DNA from: Clostridiales bacterium Firm_09 | GTDB lineage: Bacteria > Bacillota > Clostridia > Christensenellales > DTU072 | Length of the DNA stretch: 64,000 nucleotides | Reading direction: 5' to 3' | Assembly (NCBI GenBank): GCA_001604065.1 | Contig: LVAO01000012.1 | Coordinates: 45,571 to 109,570 of the forward strand | In this document: positions 18,615 through 31,200 of the stretch, piece after piece | Numbering within the stretch: the stretch's first letter is position 1 | Layout of the letters: every line of letters begins with the position of its first letter | Notes under the pieces: model-generated | Seen by the model: only the letters and a program-made list of their open reading frames with translations | What the model was told of the DNA's origin: nothing | Database searches by the model: none | Position numbers and translations under genes: made by a program

Positions 18615-21600
18615 CTATGCTCCTTTGACTTCTTTAATTGCGTCTTCCAGCTTTGCCGATACCAGCTTGGAGATTCCTTTCTCCTGCATTGTAACGCCGT
18701 ACAGCATATCGGCAAGCTCCATCGTCGGCTTGCGATGGGTAACGACGATAAACTGGGTAGACTTGGAAAATTTATGCAGATATTGTGCAAACAAGCTTGC
18801 ATTCGCTTCATCCAAAGCCGCTTCTATCTCATCCAGAATACTGAAGGGCATGGGATTGAGCTTGATTATGGCAAACAGAATCGCGATTGCCGTCAGCGCG
18901 CGCTCTCCTCCCGACATCAGACTGATGCGCGTCAGTTTTTTGCCCGGAGGCTCCGCCATAATCTCAATGCCGGCATCCAAAACAGATACACCCTCTTCTT
19001 TTTCAAGTTCCAGCCTCGCCGATCCGCCGCCGAACAGCTCTTTGAATACTTCCTGGAAATTGAGATTGATCTGAGCAAAACTCTTGGTAAACTTCTCTGT
19101 CATCTCGGTCGTCAGTTCTTCGATAATCTTTTTTAATTCCGCTTCGGCCTTCACAAGGTCATCGTATTGCCGGGACAAATCGTCATACCGGCTTTTTTCA
19201 TTGAGGAATTTCTGTTCGGCAAGCTCGTTGACCGGACCCAGCCGTTCTATTTTTCTGCGCAAAGAAAGCGATTCCTGCTGCGCTTTGGCATAATCAAATT
19301 CTCCGTCAAAAGGATTCTCGGCGACGAATCGCTTTGCACTGTCATAATCCAGGTCATAATCCTCTTTGATGCGGACAGAAAGATTGGACAAATCGATATC
19401 AATGCGTTCCAGGTTGGCTTCTTCACGTATCCGCCTTTCGTTAATATCTCCGCACAGCTTGTTCAACTCGGTTCTTTGGGTGTCCATGCGGGAGAGCTTT
19501 TCTTGCAATCCTGATTTATATTGTTCAAGGTCATCGATTTCTTTGCGGAGTCTGATTATCTCTTCATTGCTCTCCTCATTGCCGGCCGAATTCTCTTTTG
19601 CCTGCGCTTCCATGTCCTTCAACTGCTTTTCATTGCTCATGCGGCGCGCCTTGAGATCAAGAAGACTCTGTTGAATCATCACCCCTTCCGCCTTTATGGC
19701 GGCAAGATCTTTGTTGATGGAATCAATCTCATTCTGGAGGTTGCTGACTTCGACATACGCTTCGGTTACGCGTTTATTGAGCGCATTGAGATTCTGTTTG
19801 TCATTAAAAAGCTTATCTTTCGCTTCATTGACATAATCGGATGCGCTTGTCTTTTCTGCCGCCGTATCGTCCTTGAATTTCTCGGATTCTTTAATCAGCC
19901 TGATCAGTTCTTCCGACCTCGCCGAATCCTCCGCGATACCGGACTCCAGCCTGCGCACATCTTCTCTGAGCGCTTCGACAACCGAATCGGCATTGTACAG
20001 CTTGTTCTCCAGCGTACCGATATCGACCTCCAGCTTATGCACTCTGGCATCGATGATTCCGACAGCTTTCTCCAGTTTCTGCTGCTCCTCCTCATATTCG
20101 AGTATGCCGGCAGCAAGCATATCAATTTTCTTTTTTGTGGAAATCTGTTTTTTCTTAAGGTCTTCCAGTTCTGACTCGCGCGACAGTATTCTGTTCGAAC
20201 GGCTGGCGTTGCTGCCGCCGCTGACAGAACCGCTTTGACTTACTATATCACCATTAATATCTACAATACGGAATCCGAAATTATATTTTCTGGCTACCGA
20301 AAAAGCAATATCCCTGTTTTCTACAATCAAAGTTTTTCCTAAAAGACTGGACATCACGTTGGAATATTTGTTATCGTAGCGTATAAGGTCAGAAGCAATG
20401 CCGATTACCCCGTCCTCATCCAGTGCGCGTTGGTGTTCGCGGGCAAGCGGATTGGCGCGCACGGTGGTCAGCGGCAAAAACGTCGCCCTGCCGTAGCCCT
20501 TCTGACGGAGAAGGTCGATCAGGGCACCCGCATCGTGTTCGTTTGGCGTGATGATGTTCTGAATTGCCGCGCCCAGTGCGGACTCCACCGCCACTTGCAA
20601 ATCCTGCGGAACGGTAATCACATCGCCCACCGTTCCCAATATTTTGCTTCGTACAGAGGGATTATTCTGGGCCTCATTCATCAGACGCCGGACGGATTCC
20701 TGATAACCCGTATAATCGTTGATGAATTCCTCGACCATACGGATTTTTGCCTCCAGAGCGGCAAGATACTGTTCGGCCTCATTTTTATCTTTCTGGGCGG
20801 CGCGGAGGTCTGTCTGGCATTCACTCAGATTCTTATCTGCAAGCGCTTTTTCGTTCTGCCGCTCATTTCTCTCCTTATTTATGGCATCCAGCTCCGCGCG
20901 GTAGCCATCACGCTCTTTTTCTGCCGTGCTTAAATTCTGCCTTGCCTCTTTAAGCGCTTCCTTAGAAGTGCGTATGTTCTCTATCAGCACATCACGCTTG
21001 ATTTCCAGCCTCGCTTTATCGCTGTCAATCCTGGACAATTTATCCATGCTGTCCAGCATCAGAAGATTGGTACGCTCGATTTCTTTTTCCTGACGCGCGA
21101 CAGAATCCGACAGTTCGGTCTGATTCTTTTGCAGCAACTCAAAAGTGCGGCGCTTTTCGGCAAGAATAAGTGTTTTTTCGTTATAAGAAGCTATCTTTTC
21201 TTCTTTCTCAAGTTGCCTTGCGGCGAGTCTGCTTTCAAGCTGCATCGTTTCTGTAGAGATATTCTGAGCTTCTCTTCGCAAATTGTTCAGACGTTCAGCA
21301 AACAAACGGGATTCGCCCGCAGCTTTTTCTGCGTCCACAAGCAGCCGTGTCACATTGTCACGCAAACGGTTGCCGTAGATGCTGCTGTTATTCAGATCCG
21401 CCATTGCCGTATTATATTCGGCAGTAAGCGCTTTCAGCTCGGCGTCTTTTGCTTCAAATTCCTTTATTGCTTTTTGAAGATTGTCCCTGATGCGGTCACG
21501 TTCGGAAGAAGTGTTCTCGCATTGGTGGAGAAAGTATCGGACTTCGATCTGTTTCAATTTGTTTTTAAGCTCTCTCGCCTTTGCCGCGTCCTTTGCCTCC

Positions 21601-22220
21601 TGCTCCAACGGGCCCAGATTGGAAGAAACTTCGCTCAGAATATCATTGATTCTGGTCAGGTTCTCGCGGGTACGCTCCAGCTTCCTTTCTGTTTCCAGCT
21701 TGCGTGCTTTATGGCGGCTGATGCCGGCGGCTTCTTCAAAAATCTGACGTCTTGCCTCGGGTTTTGCAGAGAGTATCTCCTCGATTTTCCCTTGACCGAT
21801 GATGCTGTAGCCCTCTCTTCCGATGCCGCTGTCCCGAAAAAGATCGATGATGTCCCGCCAGCGGCATATATTGCGGTTGATATAATATTCGCTGTCGCCG
21901 CTTCTGTACAGCTTGCGGGTAACGACAACCTCGTCATAATCGACAGGATACCTCCTGTCCTCATTATCAAGGAACAACGAAACCTCGCAATAGGACATGG
22001 ATTTCCGGTTGGTTGTTCCGCCAAAGATGATTTCGGGCATTTTCTTGCAGCGCAGAACAGAGGGGCTTTGTTCCCCCAAAACCCATCTTACCGCATCCGC
22101 CACATTGGATTTTCCGCAGCCGTTGGGACCGACGATGCCGGTGATATTGGATTTGAATTCGATTTCCGTTTTGTCTGCAAACGATTTGAAGCCAAAAAGT
22201 TCTATTTTTTTAAGATTCAT
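18615..22220 (-). CDS. smc: Chromosome partition protein Smc
   Basis: 1201 aa. N-terminal Walker A is GPNGCGKSN. Long coiled coils surround a central hinge. The C-terminal signature is LSGGERALTAIAILFA plus Walker B ILDEIEAALD. Confidence 0.95.
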   Translation of the reverse strand: MNLKKIELFGFKSFADKTEIEFKSNITGIVGPNGCGKSNVADAVRWVLGEQSPSVLRCKKMPEIIFGGTTNRKSMSYCEVSLFLDNEDRRYPVDYDEVVVTRKLYRSGDSEYYINRNICRWRDIIDLFRDSGIGREGYSIIGQGKIEEILSAKPEARRQIFEEAAGISRHKARKLETERKLERTRENLTRINDILSEVSSNLGPLEQEAKDAAKARELKNKLKQIEVRYFLHQCENTSSERDRIRDNLQKAIKEFEAKDAELKALTAEYNTAMADLNNSSIYGNRLRDNVTRLLVDAEKAAGESRLFAERLNNLRREAQNISTETMQLESRLAARQLEKEEKIASYNEKTLILAEKRRTFELLQKNQTELSDSVARQEKEIERTNLLMLDSMDKLSRIDSDKARLEIKRDVLIENIRTSKEALKEARQNLSTAEKERDGYRAELDAINKERNERQNEKALADKNLSECQTDLRAAQKDKNEAEQYLAALEAKIRMVEEFINDYTGYQESVRRLMNEAQNNPSVRSKILGTVGDVITVPQDLQVAVESALGAAIQNIITPNEHDAGALIDLLRQKGYGRATFLPLTTVRANPLAREHQRALDEDGVIGIASDLIRYDNKYSNVMSSLLGKTLIVENRDIAFSVARKYNFGFRIVDINGDIVSQSGSVSGGSNASRSNRILSRESELEDLKKKQISTKKKIDMLAAGILEYEEEQQKLEKAVGIIDARVHKLEVDIGTLENKLYNADSVVEALREDVRRLESGIAEDSARSEELIRLIKESEKFKDDTAAEKTSASDYVNEAKDKLFNDKQNLNALNKRVTEAYVEVSNLQNEIDSINKDLAAIKAEGVMIQQSLLDLKARRMSNEKQLKDMEAQAKENSAGNEESNEEIIRLRKEIDDLEQYKSGLQEKLSRMDTQRTELNKLCGDINERRIREEANLERIDIDLSNLSVRIKEDYDLDYDSAKRFVAENPFDGEFDYAKAQQESLSLRRKIERLGPVNELAEQKFLNEKSRYDDLSRQYDDLVKAEAELKKIIEELTTEMTEKFTKSFAQINLNFQEVFKELFGGGSARLELEKEEGVSVLDAGIEIMAEPPGKKLTRISLMSGGERALTAIAILFAIIKLNPMPFSILDEIEAALDEANASLFAQYLHKFSKSTQFIVVTHRKPTMELADMLYGVTMQEKGISKLVSAKLEDAIKEVKGA

Positions 22221-22284
22221 AGCACGTCCTGAAGGGGGAGCGGAGAACCGTCCCCGCGATGATTGATTACAATGACACGATTGA

Positions 22285-25200
22285 TTATAGCTTTAATCCG
22301 CTTCCGTCCAATATATCGGGAGGAAGATTGGCAAGATTATCGGGGAAGATAAGAAAAGCAAGGTTGCTGCATCCGGCAAAGGCGCGGCTGCCGATGTATT
22401 CTAGAAATTGTGCTTGAGTCAGATCCACACCCAAAAAGGAGCGGCAGTTTTCAAACGCACCCTCGCCGATGGAGATCAGTGCAGAAAGGTCACCGTAAAA
22501 TGCGGCGAGCCCTGCGCATCCGGCAAAAGCATAGTCGCCTATGGCTGTCTGTGCTCTTGCAAACGTAATTGCAGCAATGCCCTCGCAACCGGCAAAAGCA
22601 TATGCCTTCACCTGTGTGCTGACCGTCAGTGTCACATACCTCAGCGAGAAGGGAATTCTGTAATAATTCTGTGTGCCTGCCTGACGATATACGTTGACAT
22701 CGTATCCCGTTGCCGTACCGAAGATAGCGCCGAACTGAGCGGAATCGCCGGTTGCGGACGGCGAAGTGCCCGCGAACGGCAGCGAAATCGATACCAGACT
22801 GCTCATTCCTTCCAGGGCTCCCGCCGCGATTGTTGTCACGGACTGCGGTATCGTCAGCGCGGTGACAGACGCACAATTGTAAAATGCTTTTTGCGGGATT
22901 GCCGACAATCCTTCGTTGATGACGATAGATCGGACGCGCGTCATATTGCAGAAGACACCGTATCCGAGGGAAGAAGCGGAGGTGAGCGTGATGCTTTCCA
23001 ACAGGTCGGGTATGTAATAGATCCGGCTGGATGCTGCGTCAAAATATTGGACCGTCGCGCCCGAAACGCTTGCGTCGACTGTTCCGAAGACATATCCGAA
23101 CAACGCGGTAGCGCCTGTTTCTGTTCTGCTTGTGCCGGCAAAGGGCAAGACCATGGATTTCAGAGAGGAGCAGCCCGAGAAAGCGGCAAACGCGATATTG
23201 GTCACGCTGTCGGGAAGGATGATTGACTCCAGACCCGAACAGTTTGCAAAAGCCAGTCTTCCGATTGTCTGCAGACCGCTGTTGAGCGTGAGCGAGGTAA
23301 TCTCCGCGCAGTTATAGAGCGCGCCATAGCCCAATGCAGAAGAAGAAGTAATGCGCAGCTCATAAAGATGATCGGGAAGAATCGTATAAATAACATTATT
23401 GGATTCCGTATAGATTTGGGCCGTCGTCTGTGTGCCGGGACTGCTTTGGATGCCGAACATGTATCCCAACAATGCATTCTGTCCTGTGGCGGTACGGCTC
23501 ATACCGACAAACGGAGTAGTGAGCGATTCCAGATGCATGCATCCCGCCAGTACCCCTTCGCCCAACGTAGTAACAGAATCCGGAATCACAAAAGTGTTGA
23601 CGGCAGTATTTGCAAAGGCTCTCTCACTGATTGTTGTCAATACGCCGCCTTGGAAGTGAATCGAACTCAGTCCCGTACAGCCCGAAAAAGCATAGGAGCC
23701 GATGGTGCGCAATGTTGAGGGCATATTGACAGAGACCAAAGAGGTCATATTCAAGAAGGCGTTGTTTCCGATGGCTGTGATGCCCTCATTGAGAACAATC
23801 GTTGTGATTCTGGTATTGTTGGCAAAAGCGTTCGCCCCTATTTTGGTCGCCCCGGTCACATTGATTACCTTGAGGCTTGTCGGCGTGCTTCCAAACAGAT
23901 AGGTCAGGCGCATTTCTGCATCCTGTGTTGTGGTTCTGGTTCTTCCGATGAACGGTACGGTGATTGTTTCAAGAGCGTTGCTGCCTTTGAAGACATTCTG
24001 TCCGAACTCCGTCAGGCTGCTGTTGACGACAACAGAAGTCAGCGACGCAAGGTAGGACAGTGCGCCGTATCCAAGCTTGTATGCAGAAGTAACGGTGATA
24101 TTGGTCAGACCAAGCGGAATGACCGCATAATAGTTCTGCTCGGTCACGTTCATATAGACTTGTGCGGTTATGCCGCTTCCGGAAGCTGTTTTGCGCTCGA
24201 ACCAATACCCCAGCAAAAACTGCTCCGGCGTGCTTTCTGAAGGCATCATCCTTGAGCCGATATACGGAACGGTCATTGACTGCAGATTTGTACAGCCGGC
24301 AAAAGCGCCCTGCGCAATCGAGTTGATGCCGTTGTTCAGTGTTACCTGAACCAGTCCCGTCATGCCGGCAAAAGCGGATGATGCAATAACTTGTGCCGCA
24401 GTGATATGGAGTGTCTTGACGTTCCCGATGCCGCTGTCTGATGCGTCTCCATAGAGATACCGCATGATTGCCATATTGCCCGATGCGGCGGCAGCGTTGC
24501 CCGGATAAGGCAGCGTCAGCGTTTCCAGTCTGGTGGTGCCTTCCAAAGAAAGCTGGCCCAGGGATTCTGCCGCAGAATTCACAGAAATCAGCGTCAGTTC
24601 GCCGCAGCCGGAAAACGCACCGTAACCGATATTGACAGCAGAGGTGACATATACATTTTTCAGGGTGGGGGGTATCGCATAGACCGCAGAAGCATTGGGG
24701 GCATATTTTTGTGTGACGCCGGAGGCCGAAGCACCAAAGAAATAGCCCAGCACCGCGTTGGCTCCGCTTGCCGTTCTGGAAGCGCCGATAAACGGCACAG
24801 ACAGACGTACATTCAGAAGCGCACCGGTAAAGGCTCCTGCGCCGATATACGTAACGCTGTCGGGCAGAACGACATCCGCAAGAAGGGAACATCCCTCAAA
24901 AGCATGGCTTCCGACAGTGCTTAACAGACTTCCTGACGCGGCGGAGAACGAACGCAAGCCGCTGTTGAAGAAGGCATAATCCCCTATTGAAAGCACCGAC
25001 GCGGGCAGAACAAGCGTATTGAGAGGCACGCCGCTCAACGCATGATTGCCTATCTGAAGGATTCCCTCGTTAAGGCTTAGCGCAGAGATGAGCGAACCCT
25101 GCAGCGCGTTTGCCGCAAGATAGGTGGCGGATGTCAGAGTCAGCGCCGACACCGACATCGGTATTGCTCCGAACAAGTAGGCAATGTTATCGGTCGCGGG

Positions 25201-28200
25201 ATTCGCCGCACCCGTTTTGTCGGGACCGAGGAACGGCACACTGAGCGAGGTCAGGTTGACGCAGCCGGCAAATACATCCGAACCGATTGAATTAACCGAA
25301 GAAGGAATCCGTGCGGAAGAAAGCGCAAAGCAGTTTCCGAAGGCATTGTTGCCTACTGAAAGCACACCTTCGGGCAAAGATATATTCTGCAGCACTGTGC
25401 ATCCGTAAAATGCATTGCTGCCCACCGAAACAAGCTGTGAGCCAACCTCAAACATGACCGACGTCAGACTTCCGCAGCCTTCAAAGGCATGCGCCCCGAT
25501 ATCGGTGACGCCGGCAGAAATTACAACAGATTCGAATCTGGCTCCGGCAAAGGCATAGTCTCCCACAGAGAGCAGTTTTGCCGCTCCGTTCAGGACAAAT
25601 GCCTGCATGTTGACGCAGCCGTAAAACGCATTATCGCCGACGGCGATGTTTCCGCTCGCGGCAACCGTCTGGAGAGAGGTGACGTTGCTGAAGCTGCCGT
25701 TTGAAATGGAAATCGGACGTTCAAGCGTCACACGGTTAAGCGTAGCGGGAATTTCGCTGTAATAATAGGTCGGTACGCCGGAAGAGAAAACAGCCTGTGC
25801 GACCGTATGGGCGGTGGGCGACTCTTTGAATCCGAAGAGATATCCAAGAAGCCCTTCCTGATGGACCGCGCCGGCGGATTTTCCCACAAAAGGCAGCGTC
25901 AGATCGACAAGGGATGTGCAGTTTGCCAGCAGCCCTTCCGGCATTTCCGTAAGGGTTCCTGCAATCGAGAGCGATGTCAGCGCACACACAGCGTCCAACG
26001 CGTTTTCTGTCAGAATTTCAACTGCGGTCAACCGCAGCACCGCCAGTGCCGAAAGCGTGCCGCCGCTCAGATAACTGATCTTTCCTTCTGCGCCCATAGC
26101 CGATGCGGAGGCACCCGGATAAGGAAGCGTCAGGGAAGAAAGCGATGTGCAGCCGGCGATAAGGTTTTTGCCAAGAGCCGCTCCGTCGTTTACGGTGACT
26201 GTTGTCAGGGATGAGATGCCGGAGAGAACGCCGTATCCGGACGCGCTGTCCAGTGTAACGGCAGTCAATGTGGCGGGAATCCAGGCATAAATGGTCTCCG
26301 TGTCGCTGTATCTTTGCAGAATTTTTCCTGCACCCGGCGTGCTGTCAAAGCCAAAAAGGTATCCTAACAGACCGTCTCTGCCGGTTGCCGAGGCCGAAGC
26401 GCCCGCAAAATGCAGATAAAGCGATTCAATGGGCAATCCGTTCAGAATGCCTTCTTCAACCCAGACCACACCGTCGCCGAACGTAACATTTTTTAAGGCA
26501 TCAAAGGATTCAAAAACGTTCGCGGAGAGAGAAATTTCTTCTCCGGTATTGCGGATAACAAGGGTTTCGATGCCATTGACCGTATTCCCGAAAACATATT
26601 TTATTCTTGCATTTTCGCCGATTGCCTGCACAGAAGCCCCGATGAAGGGAAGTGTCAGCGATTTAAGGTTCGCGCAACCTGCAAAAGCGTCTTTGCCGAT
26701 GACCGACAGCGTATCCGGGAGCACCAGCGAACCGAGATAGCAGTACGAAAAAGCTCCTTCCTCTATCTCCGTAAGGGCGCCGTTTGCCGCAAACGCAACG
26801 GCCGACAAGGAAGAACAGAGAGAAAATGCTTCCTTCCCGATTGTTTTCACATTTGCGGGAATGCCGACGGTCAGGAGTCCGCAGCCCAAGAAAGTATAGT
26901 CCGGGATTTCGGCCAGGGCTGAAAGGCTGTTGAGATTGAAGGCCGTCAGCGCCCCGCAATGCGCGAATACGCCTTCTCCCAGTTCCTTAAACGAAACGGG
27001 CAGGCGCACATCGGCGAGTGCACTGCAGCCAGAAAAAGCGTAATCCCCGATATACACCAATTCCGATGCATCGTTTAATTGAATCGCGGTCAGCGCGGTG
27101 GAAGAAAATGCTCTGCGTCCTATCCGTATCAGGCTTTGCGGCAACGGGAAGGCGGCAAGCGAAACGCAGTTCTCAAACGCATTTTCTTCTATCACCAGAA
27201 GCCTGGGGTTGGCACCGAAGCTTACGGAAACAAGTTCGCCGCAGGATTGAAATGCGTTTTTGCCGATACTCAGAAGACCGGAAGGCAATGTAACGTTTTT
27301 CAAGGAAGGATTGCCCTCAAACGCGTAGGACTCAATCCGCGTGACGCTATCCGGCACTGCAAACGATACTGCAGACAGCGATTGCGGATAAGAAATGAGA
27401 ATCGTTCCGTCAATCGAATACAATATATTGTTCACTACCTTGTAGCCCGTGCGGTATCCGCTCAGAGAAAGCGATGCGACAGGCGTATTGAGGAAGGGAT
27501 TGAGCCCTATCGACCGTACACCGGAAGGAATTTCTATGGATGTCAGCATAGACCCTGCAAAAGCAAAATCCCCGATAGAAGAGAGTGCGCTGGATTCCCC
27601 GCCGAAAGTAACGGTTTTCAGCTGGCTGGAAGCAAATATCTCGTTGCCCAGCGAAACCGTTGTCGCGGGCAATGCAATGGTCTGGATTGCGGTATTTCTG
27701 AAGGCTCCCGCTCCGGCAGAGACAAGCTGCGCGCCGTTTGCAAAGGATACTCCGGCGAGCGACAAACAGCCGGAAAAAGCGTCTTCCTCTATACGCAGCA
27801 AGGAAGCTGGAAACTGCATATACGCCAGCGCGGCGTCCCCCCGGAAAGCACTCTTGCCGATTTCGTTCAGCACACTGCCGGAAGCAAACGTGACGGAGAC
27901 CAACGCAGAGGCGCCCAAAAAGGCTTCTTCTCCGATTGTTTCCACGCTTGCGGGAATATTGATGGCACCGAGCGAGGCGTTGTCTGCAAAAGCCCTTTTC
28001 TCTATCGTCTTCAGCCTGCTGGCCAGCGGGAAAGTTATCGACGAGAAACTTGAAGACAAAAACGCTTCTTCTTCTATCGCCACAACGCTTGCCGGCATTG
28101 AGAGGGAATTGATATCCGCTTCATAGAACGCATATCTGCGCACAACAGTGATGCCTTCGTTCAGCGCAATCGTAATCCCCGACAATCTGCTGAACGCGCC

Positions 28201-31200
28201 GCCGCCCACCTGAACGGCATTGGTAATGATGACCGTTGTAAGCGAATCCGGAATATAGAAGGTCTCTTCTATGCCGACGCAGCATTGTACGACAGCGGTT
28301 GTCGACGCCGTATTGAATCCGCCGAATATATACCCGAACATCGCCTCACGGGTACCCGTTGCCGAAGCATATGCTCCCGCAAACGGCACGCTTACCCTCC
28401 GCAACGAAGTGCAGCCGGCAAGGATGCCCTCGCCGATCAAGGTCAGGCTGTTGGGAAGGGCAATGATTTCAAGTCCGTCATCCCCTCTGAAAGCATAATT
28501 GCCTATCGTTGTCAGGCTGCTGTTGTAAAGGCTGATGTCGATCGTCCTCAGGGCGGTTATGCCGGCAAAAGCATAGTCTCCTATCGATACGACGCTTTCG
28601 GGAAGGACAAGCGAAGCCAACGCCGTTTCAAAAAACGCATAATCCCCTATCGTACGAGTCCTGCCAAGCGAAACGGCGTGCAGACCCGTGCACTCTCCGA
28701 AGGCTTCGCGTCCGATGGTCAGAACAGAGTTGGGTACAACGAAGGAAGCGAGAGCGGCATTGCATGCAAAGGCGGCTTCCCCGATTGCTTCAATTCCGTC
28801 GTTGATGATGATCTGAGCAATGGACGTATTTGAAAACGCGCCATAAGGAATGATGTCTGCGCCGGTCAGCTCCACGCGCAAAATACCCGCGGGAATATTG
28901 TAGACTGCGGATTCTGTCAGAGAATAATTTTGTTCGATGCCGGATGTTCCTTGTCCGAACAGGTAACCGAATACAGCGTCCGGTGTGCCCGCCGCGTTTC
29001 TGGATGATCCCACAAAAGGAATCACCAATGTCTTCAGATTGTCACATCCGCAGAGGATTTCTTCTCCGATGGATGCGATGTTGGCGTTCAGCGCGATTTC
29101 CGTCAAGGAAGACATGTTGTAGAATGCGCCGCGGCGGATGTTCACGGCGTCGGTAATCTCTATGCTTTTTAGTTGCGGGATTGCATAGGTGCCTTGCCGG
29201 CCCTCGCCGAACACCTGTGTAATGCCTGCCGAATCGTTGCCAAACAGATAGCCGAGAATTGCTTCTTCCCCTTCCGCTGTCCTGGACGCGCCGACAAAGG
29301 GCAATACGAAAGACTCCAGCGCGCCGCATCCCTTAAAGACGTTCTCTTCTGCCGTGAGAAGCGCCTTGCCGATTTCGACATTGACCAGGGCAGCCATATT
29401 GGAAAAGGCGCCGTAGGGAAGGTTCTTTGCGTTGGTGAGGATCACTTCCTGCAGCCCCGCAGGAATGAAATAATAGGCGCTCTTGCCCGGCGCATAATAT
29501 TGCAGAGTATATACGCCTTCTGCGGGCTGTGTGCGGGAATATCCGAACAAATACCCCAGTACGGCGTCCTCGGTGCCGGATACGTAAGCGGCCGACCCGG
29601 TAAAAGGAAGCGTCAGCGAAACAAGGGAAGTGCAGCCGTAAAGCAGATTGCTGGAAACTCTGGCGAGTTTTGCCGAAAGCTTGATGATCGTGAGACCGGA
29701 GCATCCGGCAAAAGCAGCGTTGCCGATGGCAAGCACGCTGTCAGGAACCTGAACATTCGACAAATGACTGCAGTCCGCAAACGCATAATATCCTATTTCT
29801 GTCAGCGACGAGGGCAACGTCAGCACGCTGAGTGACGAGCAGCCCTTAAACGCGGCGTTGCCGATGCTGGTCAGACTGTTGAAACCCGCAAGTCTTGCGC
29901 CGCTGGTTCCATTGACAAAGGCAAGTGCGGCGCAGCCTTCGAAGGCACTGCCGGCAATCGAAATGATTTTGGAAGGCAGTGTCAGCGAAATCAGGTTTTC
30001 GCAACCGAAAAACAATTTTTCGGCTATATTGCTCACACTTGTGATATTAAAATCGATGACTTGCGTCAGCGCGGCGCAGTTCCGGAAGGCTCCCGCTTCT
30101 GCGGTTGTCAAAGTATTGGTAAAGCTGATCCTTTGCAGTCTGCTGTACGCGAACGCTTCCTGAGCAATGGTTTTCACAGTCGCCGGCACGGTAAATTCGG
30201 ATGCCGTAGAACCCGCGGGATACTGCAGCAGCAGCGTACCGAATTTATCATACAGCACGCCGTTGGCATCCGAAGAATACTTTGAATTCAGACCGTCCAC
30301 GCTGATGTACATCAGATTGGTGCAGCCCGCAAATGCGCCTCTTTCGATAACCGTAATATTTTCATAAATCGTTACGGATTGCAAATGATTGTTGCCGGCA
30401 AAGGCATATTTGCCGATGGAGGTGACGGGAGTGCCGTCCGACATTGTCTTCGGGATAATCAGGCTTTCTGCAGTCCCGGTATATCTTGTAATGATGGCTT
30501 TGTTGTTCACAACATAATAATTAAAGTTGTTTTCATAAAAAATATCATTGTAGCCGACATTCCAATAAATAGCGGGATCATCCCATCTGTCCGTCCAGAC
30601 TTCCGGCTTGGAGGCTCCTTTTGCATAAATGGCAAGATAGCCGCAGCCTTCAAAGGCATTCCTGTCCAGTTTTGTAATTCCGGAAGGCAATGAAATCGTA
30701 TACATACCGGTTTTATATTGGAAAGCTTTGCCTATCGATACGGTTTCGGGTATATCGAGTCTTTCCGGTACGACCATATTGTCGCTCAATGTTCTGGTGT
30801 ATTCCAAAATATATGCCGCGTCGGTCATTCCTACGTCGCCGTATTCGAGGACCACATAATCGTATCCGTCCCTGCTGAACGCCGCGGACTCATAGGTTGC
30901 GGCGGCGGGGCAATTATGGAACGCATAGTTTCCGACATATGTCAGCGAAGCGGGCAGAACGAGATTCTCCAGTGCGATGCAGCCGTTAAAAGCGTCGTTG
31001 CCGATGCCGGTAAGCGAACGCGCAAACAGCACCTGGGTCAGACCGGAGCAGCCGAAAAAGGCTTTTTCGTCAATATAATTTGTGATTTCCAGCGTCACGG
31101 AATTGATTCCGGTACAGCCCGAAAAGGCTCCGTAAGGCACTTCATAGGTATCGGTCAATGTCACTTCGGCAAGCGATGCGGGAAGGTAATACCGGACAAC

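Noticed and set aside
23969-24892. Alternative-frame and antisense ORFs of 200-330 aa inside the two giant genes, for example 23969-24892, 27079-28053, 27449-28126, 46519-47340, 50515-51195, 51262-52110, 54241-54903 and 56023-56670.
   Set aside because: The translations are Cys/Arg-rich nonsense. They are embedded in uninterrupted ORFs of more than 11 kb whose translations show coherent domain repeats.
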